Sequence record: OQ703618.1
Reading direction: 5' to 3' (one strand)
DNA from: Escherichia phage GADS24
DNA: 64,000 nucleotides
In this document: positions 9,679 to 18,459 of the stretch, piece by piece
Position numbering within the stretch: the first letter of the stretch is position 1
How the letters are laid out: each line of letters begins with the position of its first letter
The notes under the pieces: model-generated
Seen by the model: only the letters and a program-made list of their open reading frames with translations
Told to the model about the DNA's origin: nothing
Database searches by the model: none
Position numbers and translations under genes: made by a program

Positions 9679-9707
9679 ATTATACTCCATCCATCCTTGG
9701 ATGTACA
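9679..9707 (-). promoter_or_regulatory. T4-type early promoter (-35 TGTACA, -10 TATAAT)
   Basis: Hexamers 17 bp apart; part of repeated ~40-bp cassette. Confidence 0.55.
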
Positions 9708-9710
9708 ACA

Positions 9711-10205
9711 TTAATTTAGAATATTAACTACTGCACTACGTGGAACCACACTAAAGTCACCGGCATGAACAACGTTCAGAAGTTCAACCCCATCTTCAAT
9801 CCACTGGTCAGTTACCCAGCCACTTACCGGTCCAGCGAATGGTCGACGAATTGAAACTGCTTTACACAACAAGTCTGTAGGCTCAATAGGCTTAATCAGA
9901 GTACCGTACATACAAGCGATATCCATATCAAAGTGGAGACCATCTTTAACAGGTGCTTCTTCAATCAACAGTTCAAAGTCAGTGCTTGGAATGGCGGTAG
10001 TAGAAATTGTACCGTGTGAATTTTTAATTTCTAAGAATAACCAAGGGCCTTCAGCTTGTTTGATGAAGTTAACAATAGTGAAACTATTACCTTGAGTGGC
10101 ACCTAAAATTTCACAAAACTTTTCATAAGCTCGCACTGAAGCACCGTACCAGTTGATTTGTTTTTCGTCTTTCAGGATGTAAGTAGCCGTAGTATTGATA
10201 TTCAT
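9711..10205 (-). CDS. hypothetical protein, tandem paralog family member C
   Basis: 164 aa; C-terminal WVTDQWIEDGVELLNVV block related to members A and B. Confidence 0.55.
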   Translation of the reverse strand: MNINTTATYILKDEKQINWYGASVRAYEKFCEILGATQGNSFTIVNFIKQAEGPWLFLEIKNSHGTISTTAIPSTDFELLIEEAPVKDGLHFDMDIACMYGTLIKPIEPTDLLCKAVSIRRPFAGPVSGWVTDQWIEDGVELLNVVHAGDFSVVPRSAVVNILN

Positions 10206-10220
10206 AATGTTTTTCCTGTT

Positions 10221-10270
10221 TGGTTAAGATAGAAAGATTATACTCCAACCATCCTTGGTTGTAAACTGAT
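10221..10270 (-). repeat. ~50-bp early-promoter cassette copy (near-identical to 51801..51853)
   Basis: agatagaaagattatactccaacc[a/g]tccttggttgtaaactgattt seen at both sites. Confidence 0.7.
10237..10266 (-). promoter_or_regulatory. T4-type early promoter (-35 GTTTACA, -10 TATAAT)
   Basis: Hexamers with 17/18-bp spacer inside repeat cassette. Confidence 0.55.
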
Positions 10271-10271
10271 T

Positions 10272-10949
10272 TTATCGCTGTTTTACACTTAACGGGTCAG
10301 GATTCTCAGGGACATCTTCAAGGCCAAGCGCATAACGCTGAGCATATTTTAACATCAAAATATCTTTAGCACAATCATGAATACTATCATGGGCAACGAA
10401 TCCTTTTAGCGTACCCATCGGTAATGGACACATACTTAATCCTCGTGTCAACGAGTAAGCTTCGATTGCCGTACGAATATCGCGTTGAGCCCAGAATTTA
10501 ACCGGTTCTAATTTATCGGTATCAATCTCTGGTTCAAGAACACCTTCATCACGATAGAGGTCACGAATCAAATCGACCAATATCGGGAAGTCAAAGCTCA
10601 TACCACGGCACCACATCTGTGATTTCCATTGGTCAACTTTATTAGCTCGGCAATAATCTAAAAAGATTTTAATGCCTTCAAGCGTAGTGACATCGTCTTC
10701 AGACGGAGCTAGGTTTTTACGTGCTTCTGCTGATTGTTCTTTCCACCATTTCATAGTGGATTTAGCGAAAACTCGCTTCCCTTTCTGAGAAGCTAAATTA
10801 AATTTAATTCGCTTACCTCGTTGAACAAGTTCTTCAAATGATTCAACAACTTCAGGGTCGGAATTATATGCAATAACCGCAAGGTCAATAACAGCCGCTT
10901 TTGATGTATTGCCGAATGTTTCAAAATCTATAATAACATCAGTGCTCAT
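10272..10949 (-). CDS. dexA: exonuclease A (DEDD 3'-5' exonuclease)
   Basis: 225 aa; DFETFG motif and overall similarity to T4 DexA. Confidence 0.8.
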   Translation of the reverse strand: MSTDVIIDFETFGNTSKAAVIDLAVIAYNSDPEVVESFEELVQRGKRIKFNLASQKGKRVFAKSTMKWWKEQSAEARKNLAPSEDDVTTLEGIKIFLDYCRANKVDQWKSQMWCRGMSFDFPILVDLIRDLYRDEGVLEPEIDTDKLEPVKFWAQRDIRTAIEAYSLTRGLSMCPLPMGTLKGFVAHDSIHDCAKDILMLKYAQRYALGLEDVPENPDPLSVKQR

Positions 10950-10958
10950 AATTTTCTC

Positions 10959-12272
10959 TCAAATAAAATGGACGTCAAACCGACCACGAGTTGTGCCAAC
11001 ATACAATAACTGTTTAGCTAATTCTGAATCGGCATAATGGATACACGGTGTATAAACAAAGGCCGTGTCAACAGACATACCCTGGGCCTTATGGAAGGTT
11101 GATACTGGTAGTGCCTTCACCTTAGTGAACATACGTTTAGCATCCCAGAATTCGCTCCATGGAGCTTTACCACCTTTATTCCAAAATTTGTATGTTTCTG
11201 CGGTTTTAGCCAAAAACAAATTGAATTTATAAAGCTCTTCTTCAGAAGAAATAACCTTTATATCTTCGCGGATGTATTCTTCATCATCCCCATATGTTTC
11301 TACTGTAAGATTCCAGTATCGTATCATATATTCGCCTGAAACACCCCGTGCTTTAACAAATGTAGACGTTTCTACAGCATCTCGAATACGAACGAATTGT
11401 CCGTTATTGAAAAGCATTTCAGTCATATTTTTGCCATCTAACTTATATGTCTTGGTAAACGGCTCTTGTAGAACAATGACTTCATCTTTAATAAATGGCT
11501 TTTCTGTTTCGAGAAGTTTTCGGCGAATAATTGAATTTAACTTGTCTACTGACTTATTTGTGAATGCCATCATTCGATTTTCGAAAAGGTCTTCAGGAGT
11601 TTTAACGACGTTAAAATAATTCATCATATACGATTTAAGGTCTGTATATCCGTGAACACCGTGCCCATCAACTACTTTATCGTAAATCCATTTGCCATTA
11701 CGAATATCAGTCGCAACATCAATAATTGGTGCATTGCTACGTTTAACTTCTGTAAGGTTGCATTGCACGAAGTCTTTGTGTGTGAAGAAAGGACTTAGAT
11801 ACGCAGTTGATTCGCCTGGGTCTACCGGACGAATTTGGCATCGGTCGCCGATTCCAATTACTGTACACCATTTAGGGATACTAGCTAACATTATTTTAAA
11901 CAGAGAACGGTCGCACATTGACGCTTCATCAAATAACAGCACACGGCACAAGGCTAAGTCTGGAACCTTTTTCTGTTCAAATAATACGTTTTCTTCGTAT
12001 GTAGTTGGGTTGATTTTAAGAATGCTATGAATAGTCGATGCTTCTTGACCTGCGAGTTTGCTTAGAACCTTTTTAGCAGCATGTGTAGGGGCTGCTAAAA
12101 TAATACCTGATTCTCCAGAAGAAATAAGGGCTTCAACGATGAATCTAGTAAGGGTTGTTTTACCTGTACCAGCAGGCCCATTAATAGTTACGTGATGTTT
12201 CTTTTCTTTAATAGCGTTCATAACAACGTTGAAGGCGTTTTTCTGGCCTTCAGTCAAATCATCAAATGTCAT
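10959..12272 (-). CDS. dda: Dda DNA helicase (SF1)
   Basis: 437 aa; Walker A GPAGTGKTT; T4 Dda-like. Confidence 0.85.
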   Translation of the reverse strand: MTFDDLTEGQKNAFNVVMNAIKEKKHHVTINGPAGTGKTTLTRFIVEALISSGESGIILAAPTHAAKKVLSKLAGQEASTIHSILKINPTTYEENVLFEQKKVPDLALCRVLLFDEASMCDRSLFKIMLASIPKWCTVIGIGDRCQIRPVDPGESTAYLSPFFTHKDFVQCNLTEVKRSNAPIIDVATDIRNGKWIYDKVVDGHGVHGYTDLKSYMMNYFNVVKTPEDLFENRMMAFTNKSVDKLNSIIRRKLLETEKPFIKDEVIVLQEPFTKTYKLDGKNMTEMLFNNGQFVRIRDAVETSTFVKARGVSGEYMIRYWNLTVETYGDDEEYIREDIKVISSEEELYKFNLFLAKTAETYKFWNKGGKAPWSEFWDAKRMFTKVKALPVSTFHKAQGMSVDTAFVYTPCIHYADSELAKQLLYVGTTRGRFDVHFI

Positions 12273-12580
12273 CGTAAAGTCCCTGCAATCGGAATACTAA
12301 CAATACGGCCTGTGTCCAGGATTCGTTGATACAATTTTTGCGTCTCCGCATCTAGTTTAATGTGTTTCATTTCAAGCTTATTAAACCAGAACTTACGCGG
12401 AGTTTCGACCATTCTTAGAACTCCCATTTTTAAATCTGTTTTATACTGTGTTTTCAAAGTATCGAAAACTTTATCTGCAATATCCTTTCTAAAAAATACT
12501 GCAGGACGATGCTCATCAAGTGGAACCGGGACAGTAAATCCTTCCATATCTCGATAAACTATTGCATATACATAAACCAT
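12269..12580 (-). CDS. hypothetical protein (dda.1 position)
   Basis: 103-aa ORF overlapping dda start. Confidence 0.45.
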   Translation of the reverse strand: MVYVYAIVYRDMEGFTVPVPLDEHRPAVFFRKDIADKVFDTLKTQYKTDLKMGVLRMVETPRKFWFNKLEMKHIKLDAETQKLYQRILDTGRIVSIPIAGTLR

Positions 12581-12582
12581 AA

Positions 12583-13329
12583 TTAACCTTTAATCAGTTG
12601 GAATAATGATGCGCTAAGTGGTAGGCCACGTTTCAATTTTAATTTACCAATGAAACCGATCTTTTCAAAACGTTGCAGACCTTGGATAACTTTATCATAT
12701 GTATCGAAAAGCGATTCAGCGTCAGTTAATTTAGTTTTAGTTTTCCAGTCAGAGCCTTTAAGAAGAACATTGAGTTTAGTAAGTTCATGGCCTTCTGCTT
12801 GATGTGAGCCATTAATGCGTGCTTTCAAAGCAACAATTCTAAGTTTAGATTCGTTAGATAAAGGTTGATTTTTCATCATGTTCGCCATATGCTTAACACG
12901 ATTTTCACGTTTTGCTCGGATTTTTAAAATAGTACCATAAACCTTTTTAATTTGGGCCCATTTCTTCTCGTCGAGATTAAGTTTCTCTACTTTACGGGCA
13001 GAAGGATTAGCAATACGTCTTGCAACAGCGTCACGTTTCTCAATAAGTTCTTCTAATGTTAAATCAGAACGAGCCGTGTTATATTTTTTCTTAACTGGGA
13101 TAACATTACCTTTAATGTAGCCTATATCATTATTAAAACGTTCTAAGGATAATTTCTCACCTTCAACAGAGTTATTGAAAGATTCACCTGAGTAAGCGCA
13201 GACCTTTTGATCAAGAATGTTTTTAAGGTAATTAAAGTCTAAGTTAAAATCCTTAGAGCGTCTCTTCGCAGAAGCTCTAGTGTGGTCAAGACGACGATTG
13301 ATTTTGTTAATTTTATTATTTGATAACAT
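12583..13329 (-). CDS. hypothetical basic protein (possibly degenerate HNH-like or Srd-position protein)
   Basis: 248 aa; Lys/Arg rich; CAYSGESF...IGYIKGNV resembles degenerate HNH; assignment uncertain. Confidence 0.45.
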   Translation of the reverse strand: MLSNNKINKINRRLDHTRASAKRRSKDFNLDFNYLKNILDQKVCAYSGESFNNSVEGEKLSLERFNNDIGYIKGNVIPVKKKYNTARSDLTLEELIEKRDAVARRIANPSARKVEKLNLDEKKWAQIKKVYGTILKIRAKRENRVKHMANMMKNQPLSNESKLRIVALKARINGSHQAEGHELTKLNVLLKGSDWKTKTKLTDAESLFDTYDKVIQGLQRFEKIGFIGKLKLKRGLPLSASLFQLIKG

Positions 13330-13378
13330 AATATTTTCCTCTGTCTTACGGACGTTAGGTCATTTAGCTGATAGGTCT

Positions 13379-13407
13379 ATAATATCACGCCCTCAGGTAG
13401 TGTACAC
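13379..13407 (-). promoter_or_regulatory. T4-type early promoter (-35 GTGTAC, -10 TATTAT)
   Basis: Hexamers 17 bp apart followed by AGACCTATCA. Confidence 0.5.
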
Positions 13408-13481
13408 TCTTTTTTCGTAAAATGCTTTAATTTTTTATGTGTTATAATGGTTCTGAGTTCCATCCGGTTATTCCAATCCAG

Positions 13482-14090
13482 TCAGTAACTGACAATAGAC
13501 AGATTCCAGATTGTATAACGTCCATCTTGAATAATAGAATCTACACGCAGTGTAGTCCCTATAGGGAGCATAAATTCACATTCGTCAGATATAAGTCTAG
13601 CATTAGACCGTCTTGTCGCTTCAGGGAAAGCTCCATTGAACTCGCAAGATGGTGCAGCCAGAATCATATTAAGCATATGTTCACGGAAGTTGAAAGCAAA
13701 TGGTGCATCTTTGATGCAGAACATATTAAATGTTCCATAAAAATTATATGAAGCGAAGTTACGTGCTACACCAAACACCGGACTAAAGCTCATTACTCTA
13801 TCAAATTTAATAATACTACCAACGCCTTTATCGTCGAGTGTGGCCATAGTTTTCTTAGAGATTCCACGATACATTGTCTCAGGAACTGAAGAAGACCAAT
13901 TTCTACGAACGATTGAACTTAACTCCTGTTGAATACAGTCTGGCTTGTTTTCCATACACTGCCAAAGGATGCTTTGTTCATTATCGTTGAATTGACTATC
14001 AATTTCGTACTGCAATACATCTTGATATTCGGGGTTTTGAGCACGACGAACCATTTCTTCAATTTCACACTCGTTATACGGCATAAACAT
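13482..14090 (-). CDS. ADP-ribosyltransferase, ModB-like
   Basis: 202 aa; R (YRG), S-x-S (FSP) and E-x-E (ECE) motifs; tandem with paralog; T4 modA/modB synteny. Confidence 0.55.
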   Translation of the reverse strand: MFMPYNECEIEEMVRRAQNPEYQDVLQYEIDSQFNDNEQSILWQCMENKPDCIQQELSSIVRRNWSSSVPETMYRGISKKTMATLDDKGVGSIIKFDRVMSFSPVFGVARNFASYNFYGTFNMFCIKDAPFAFNFREHMLNMILAAPSCEFNGAFPEATRRSNARLISDECEFMLPIGTTLRVDSIIQDGRYTIWNLSIVSY

Positions 14091-14118
14091 TTTGGTTTCT
14101 CCTCTGGTTGATAGGACT

Positions 14119-14147
14119 ATAGTATCATCGTCCTTGTTGTTTGTACA
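14119..14147 (-). promoter_or_regulatory. T4-type early promoter (-35 TGTACA, -10 TACTAT)
   Basis: Hexamers 17 bp apart. Confidence 0.5.
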
Positions 14148-14729
14148 CTAAAAATTCAACATTTTTAAATGAATGATTTTGTATAACCGAGATAAAGGGT
14201 CATATTCTAAGTCTTCAATTTCCACAATCTCAAATCTAGAGATACCTGAGACCATGTACTCTTGTTCAGATTCAATCATATCTAGGACGTCAACACGTGT
14301 TTCTTCCATAACATGCTTAGGGTTCTTTCCGGCAAGTACAATGTTAACCATGTTTTGGTAGTAATCAAAAACGAATGGAGCATTCCTGAGACTAAGAATA
14401 GTGTACGTCTGGTATTCCCAACTCCCGGAGAATTGACGAGCTGTACTGAAATCAGTTGTGAACGATGTTACTCGTCCAGGAGACCAATGGCATCCAACAG
14501 AAAGAAGTGAAAGACGTTCTACTTCTTCTGGAGTTACACCACGGTAGAGTTCTACTGGTACTGTAGAAGTCATATGCTTACGAACAAGATGGTCTAATTC
14601 ATAGTGGAAATCCGGGTCTTCCTTAGAATCGGTGCAAGCCCAGAGAATGTTTTGTTCTTGGCGGGTGAATTTGCTATCAATCAGATTTGTTAGGTATTCA
14701 CGTTCTTGAAGTTCAGATTGACATGTCAT
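14148..14729 (-). CDS. ADP-ribosyltransferase, ModA-like
   Basis: 193 aa; LYRG and acidic catalytic motif; paralog of 13482..14090. Confidence 0.55.
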   Translation of the reverse strand: MTCQSELQEREYLTNLIDSKFTRQEQNILWACTDSKEDPDFHYELDHLVRKHMTSTVPVELYRGVTPEEVERLSLLSVGCHWSPGRVTSFTTDFSTARQFSGSWEYQTYTILSLRNAPFVFDYYQNMVNIVLAGKNPKHVMEETRVDVLDMIESEQEYMVSGISRFEIVEIEDLEYDPLSRLYKIIHLKMLNF

Positions 14730-14756
14730 GATAGACCTCCATTTAAAGATAAGCCT

Positions 14757-14785
14757 ATCATAACACGAGAGGAGGGAATGTAAAC
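14757..14785 (-). promoter_or_regulatory. T4-type early promoter (-35 GTTTAC, -10 TATGAT)
   Basis: Hexamers 17 bp apart upstream of modA-like gene. Confidence 0.5.
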
Positions 14786-14949
14786 TACTTTTTAAGCTTT
14801 CCTACTAAAGGACCATCAGGGCCAGGTTGTTCTAACATGAATAAGGACGCTTTAAAAAGCAATGTCAACCCTTTCACCATTCGATACCATGTCTCAAAGT
14901 CTTTTTCCTTGATTTCTAGTAAGAATTTCTCTTTAAATTTCTCTTTCAT
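14785..14949 (-). CDS. small hypothetical protein (54 aa)
   Basis: ATGA start/stop overlap with upstream ORF; hand-translated. Confidence 0.3.
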   Translation of the reverse strand: MKEKFKEKFLLEIKEKDFETWYRMVKGLTLLFKASLFMLEQPGPDGPLVGKLKK

Positions 14950-15125
14950 TTCCATGGACTCCATGGTGGAGGGTCGTCATAATAAGAGGCAAGGTCTTTC
15001 AGGGCTTCAACAGGTAAACTAAAGCCGTGTCGTTGTATAATACTATCTAGTTCATCAACAAGTTCACTACGATGCACTTTAGGAGCCTCAACTTCAGGCT
15101 CGTCAAACATACTCATCAAGTCCAT
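14946..15125 (-). CDS. small acidic hypothetical protein
   Basis: ORF; start at internal ATG just after upstream stop. Confidence 0.35.
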   Translation of the reverse strand: MDLMSMFDEPEVEAPKVHRSELVDELDSIIQRHGFSLPVEALKDLASYYDDPPPWSPWK

Positions 15126-15126
15126 A

Positions 15127-15591
15127 TTATTCACCAAGATAAAAACTAGCAGGTTCAGAGAATGTTTCTAGTGCTACGCCTTTTGTCTTAAAAAATTTCC
15201 AAATAGCTCGTTGCAAATGGGTTAAATCTGCTAATGATGTAATAAAGTATTTTTTGGCAAAATACTTATGGTCTCGCTTTTCAAATAAGTCTAAACGCTT
15301 TTCAGGATTCACATAAACTGCATTTTCCGTAGATTCATAACCTAAGTCCTTTATGCCTTCTTCAAGACTAAACGGAGAATTTTTAGAATGAGTAATAGCT
15401 CCAACTCGCTCTACACGAATTTTGTAACCTTTAGGAATCTGCAATTTGCAGAATTCTTCTACGATATATTGCGGATTATTTAGACTTTTGTTAATGAGAA
15501 TAGCTATTTCTAGTGGAGTCTTATCTTCTACTGGTATATGTTTAAACGACTTGGCTTCAAGCAAATACATTTTAAATAACATAGCATCCAT
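15127..15591 (-). CDS. hypothetical protein
   Basis: 154-aa ORF. Confidence 0.5.
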   Translation of the reverse strand: MDAMLFKMYLLEAKSFKHIPVEDKTPLEIAILINKSLNNPQYIVEEFCKLQIPKGYKIRVERVGAITHSKNSPFSLEEGIKDLGYESTENAVYVNPEKRLDLFEKRDHKYFAKKYFITSLADLTHLQRAIWKFFKTKGVALETFSEPASFYLGE

Positions 15592-15797
15592 TATAATTTC
15601 CTCGATGGTTCACCCATATAAAGTTTTACAATACGTTCGCCTTCATCTTCGACGAGCTTCTCTTCGTGTTTCTGGAATTCTTTAGCCATATTCTCTTCAA
15701 GAACATCCAGCCAATCTTCTGGACCGACACCATCGTCCCAGCTTTTAAACCATTTAACTATCTTGTTCATTCGCAGCTCCCTGAGCTTGAACCACAA
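15591..15797 (-). CDS. hypothetical protein
   Basis: 68-aa ORF, start/stop overlap with neighbours. Confidence 0.4.
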   Translation of the reverse strand: MWFKLRELRMNKIVKWFKSWDDGVGPEDWLDVLEENMAKEFQKHEEKLVEDEGERIVKLYMGEPSRKL

Positions 15798-16015
15798 TCA
15801 GAATAACTTGACCCGGAATCACCAGGCCAAGACGATACGTATGAATGATTATAACTTGAAGAGCTTGAAGCGTTAACCTGTTTTGTTTTTGGACGAATAA
15901 CTTCTTCCATCATGCCGTCACCAATGTATTCCCAACTTTTTTCGTGTGTATCAGGAATAGGCATCATACCTTCGCCTGGTTTAACAGCAAACAACTTCTT
16001 CAGCATCGTAAGCAT
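15767..16015 (-). CDS. hypothetical Ser-rich protein
   Basis: ORF; internal start chosen to avoid overlap. Confidence 0.3.
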   Translation of the reverse strand: MLTMLKKLFAVKPGEGMMPIPDTHEKSWEYIGDGMMEEVIRPKTKQVNASSSSSYNHSYVSSWPGDSGSSYSDCGSSSGSCE

Positions 16016-16208
16016 TAATTGTTCCTCGAACAAAACGAACACCACCATCGTCCCAACGAATTTCGGAATTAAATTTGACGTCTTCACCATCCATCATGAA
16101 TGAGTGTACGACTACATCATCATAATATCCAAGACCATATTTCAACGAAACTTCTTGAGCAATCAAAGCACCTAATGTGTTATTAGGTTTAATCCAACGA
16201 TTTAACAT
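15981..16208 (-). CDS. hypothetical protein
   Basis: Start at MLNRW with SD aggag; promoter cassette upstream. Confidence 0.4.
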   Translation of the reverse strand: MLNRWIKPNNTLGALIAQEVSLKYGLGYYDDVVVHSFMMDGEDVKFNSEIRWDDGGVRFVRGTINAYDAEEVVCC

Positions 16209-16237
16209 ATTGTTCTCCTCTTGAGTAAGTAGGAATA

Positions 16238-16266
16238 TCTTAACACAGTTTTTAGTGGTTGTAAAC
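16238..16266 (-). promoter_or_regulatory. T4-type early promoter (-35 GTTTAC, weak -10 TAAGAT)
   Basis: Hexamers ~18 bp apart. Confidence 0.4.
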
Positions 16267-16275
16267 TGTAGAAAC

Positions 16276-16303
16276 AAAAAAAAAGGAATCCCGAAGGATT
16301 CCT
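16276..16303 (-). terminator. intrinsic terminator downstream of soc
   Basis: 8-bp stem aggaatcc, UUCG tetraloop, then run of 9 T on minus strand. Confidence 0.75.
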
Positions 16304-16311
16304 TAAATTAT

Positions 16312-16548
16312 TTAACCACTTACTGGTGTAGGGGTAAACATTGCAGCGTTCTTAGTTTTCCAAGTTGCTGCATCAGAAACTACAGTAGAATATGCTGCCT
16401 TTTCTGACGGAAAGATTTGATAATGAGAATCCGCAATCCGATGTTCGTTTGAATAAATCTCAAACGGTACAGAAACTTCCATACCTTTAACTTCTTTACC
16501 TTCACCAGCAGGATGCGTAAAGGTTTTGATGTTTACATAACCACCCAT
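16312..16548 (-). CDS. soc: small outer capsid protein Soc
   Basis: 78 aa; GYVNIKTF and HYQxFPSEKAAYSTV match T4 Soc. Confidence 0.8.
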   Translation of the reverse strand: MGGYVNIKTFTHPAGEGKEVKGMEVSVPFEIYSNEHRIADSHYQIFPSEKAAYSTVVSDAATWKTKNAAMFTPTPVSG

Positions 16549-16579
16549 AATTAACTCCTTTGTTGTTTAATTACAGGTG

Positions 16580-16587
16580 TATTTATA
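16580..16587 (-). promoter_or_regulatory. T4 late promoter TATAAATA upstream of soc
   Basis: Exact TATAAATA on minus strand ~32 nt upstream of soc ATG. Confidence 0.6.
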
Positions 16588-16593
16588 ACTTAA

Positions 16594-17115
16594 TCAGTAA
16601 CCATTATCCTGGCGTTCAAAGTTGTGTTGGTTTTTCAAGTAGTAAAGTTTAAAGATTTCTTCAGCGGAAAGACCCAGACCTTGGAACATATTCAGAACAA
16701 AGTGGAGAATATCAATCATCTCAAATTTAATTTCAAGCTGGTCTTCAGGAGACAGTTCATCGATACGACGATTTCGATATTCAGCATGTTGTGCTTTCCA
16801 TGGCTTCCATACAGAGCTAGCGGCTTTTTCACCATTGCTCATACCACCGAGTGAAGTCAGCAGTTCACGGAATTCATCATCAATATAATCTTTCTGATTA
16901 CGCAGCCAATCAACAACATCACCGGCAGTGGCCAATTCATCAGGATGTTTGTTATGTTCAGGCTTGTCATTTGCCAGACGAACCTGTAAAGATTTCTGCA
17001 TATCAAGCATTACCTGAAGTGGGTCTTTATCTTCGTGAATCAGAGCATTAAAATAAGCTTCTTCTGCTTTATCAACACCAGAAATAAGTTGTGAACATTC
17101 ATTAAAGTGCGCCAT
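16594..17115 (-). CDS. 56: dCTP pyrophosphatase gp56 (MazG-like)
   Basis: Start MAHFNECSQ; strong similarity to T4 gp56. Confidence 0.85.
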   Translation of the reverse strand: MAHFNECSQLISGVDKAEEAYFNALIHEDKDPLQVMLDMQKSLQVRLANDKPEHNKHPDELATAGDVVDWLRNQKDYIDDEFRELLTSLGGMSNGEKAASSVWKPWKAQHAEYRNRRIDELSPEDQLEIKFEMIDILHFVLNMFQGLGLSAEEIFKLYYLKNQHNFERQDNGY

Positions 17116-17203
17116 TATTTTTCCTTTCAATTCAGTATAAGAGAGTTAATTCTAACATTAATTTTATAAAGCGTAATAAATAATAGGTAACTAAGGAGAT
17201 ATT

Positions 17204-17401
17204 ATGTTTAAACTTCCGTCGTTAATCAACGCTATTAAAGGCAATAAAAAGAAAACTGCTATCGCTGCAATAGTTGTAGGTGGCATTATTTCATGGAACT
17301 TCGGGATTGCACCATTGTTAGTTGCTAATGGTATTATAGTTCCTTCTGTTCCATTGGATACTGTAGTTGATTTGGCCTTTGCTATTATAGGGCTTATTTA
17401 A
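17204..17401 (+). CDS. small hydrophobic membrane protein (only plus-strand gene)
   Basis: 65 aa; strong SD aaggag 7 nt upstream of ATG; hydrophobic segment. Confidence 0.45.
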   Translation: MFKLPSLINAIKGNKKKTAIAAIVVGGIISWNFGIAPLLVANGIIVPSVPLDTVVDLAFAIIGLI

Positions 17402-18420
17402 ATCTTTGAATAACGAGATAATCTCATTTTAGCATGCAACCCACTTGAAATATTCTGTTTCATATATTCTAAAATTTCTTGTGGTGTTGCATTTTCTTTC
17501 ATTACCATATCATTCACGTCCTTTGATCTCCACGGAGCTCGGTCCCAGAACATGACACGTTCGCCTGCATCAACTAATCGCTTCATGCGAGCTATAGTGT
17601 CCGGATGCCTAGGTTCATTATCCATTACCCATACCCGACGTTCTTTAAATGGTACCACATCTAAATCTATTGAGCCGCCTGTAATAGCGATTGCATTGGG
17701 TATGAATAAACTATCAATAGGGCCTTCCATTACCCAGACGTCTCCTTCCTTAACACGTTCAACACCATAAATTTTTGTTGCAGACTCAAACGCTTTAATA
17801 GTGATATATTTCTGAGGAGCATCTTTACGAAGTGCACGTCCTTGGAATGACTCAGCCTTCCCATCTTTATTAAAAATAGGAATCACTAAACGTGGCTCGG
17901 GAATCTCTTTCTTATACGTACCAGGTTGAATCTTGTTGACCAATTTAGGCCATTCTAATGTGAACCATAATCTGTTCCATGATTCTTTAGGAATACACCG
18001 AGACTTAACATATTTCACAATAGGATGCTCTTCAGGCAGCTTGTCCAGACGAGAACAAGACGGCAAAGAATTTATAGTCTTTTTCTCCGGTTCTGGTTTA
18101 TGTTCAGGAACCTTTTCAATCTTTGGTTCCATTCTAGCTTTTTCTTTACGAACTTCCATTAGATATTCGCGATAAAGCTCTTCATCATACTCTTTTAAGT
18201 ATCCGGAAATTGTATTATGGTATTGACAATTATAGCAATGTACATTACCAGGAGTACCGCCATAATACCATCCGCGAGCTTTCATTGCATCTGTCTGGGA
18301 GTCGCCACAAACTGGACATCGAAATGTTAATTTAAATGTGCTTGAATTATTGATTTGTCTAAAACGAGGTAGGTGAGAAAACGCACGATAAGCAAATTCA
18401 TTATCTATCCATTCAGCCAT
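17398..18420 (-). CDS. 61: DNA primase gp61
   Basis: 340 aa; zinc ribbon CPVCGD...CYNC and TOPRIM; T4 gp61-like. Confidence 0.85.
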   Translation of the reverse strand: MAEWIDNEFAYRAFSHLPRFRQINNSSTFKLTFRCPVCGDSQTDAMKARGWYYGGTPGNVHCYNCQYHNTISGYLKEYDEELYREYLMEVRKEKARMEPKIEKVPEHKPEPEKKTINSLPSCSRLDKLPEEHPIVKYVKSRCIPKESWNRLWFTLEWPKLVNKIQPGTYKKEIPEPRLVIPIFNKDGKAESFQGRALRKDAPQKYITIKAFESATKIYGVERVKEGDVWVMEGPIDSLFIPNAIAITGGSIDLDVVPFKERRVWVMDNEPRHPDTIARMKRLVDAGERVMFWDRAPWRSKDVNDMVMKENATPQEILEYMKQNISSGLHAKMRLSRYSKI

Positions 18421-18459
18421 AGTATTCTCCAGAGGCCTTAAATTAATAAGGCCATCATA

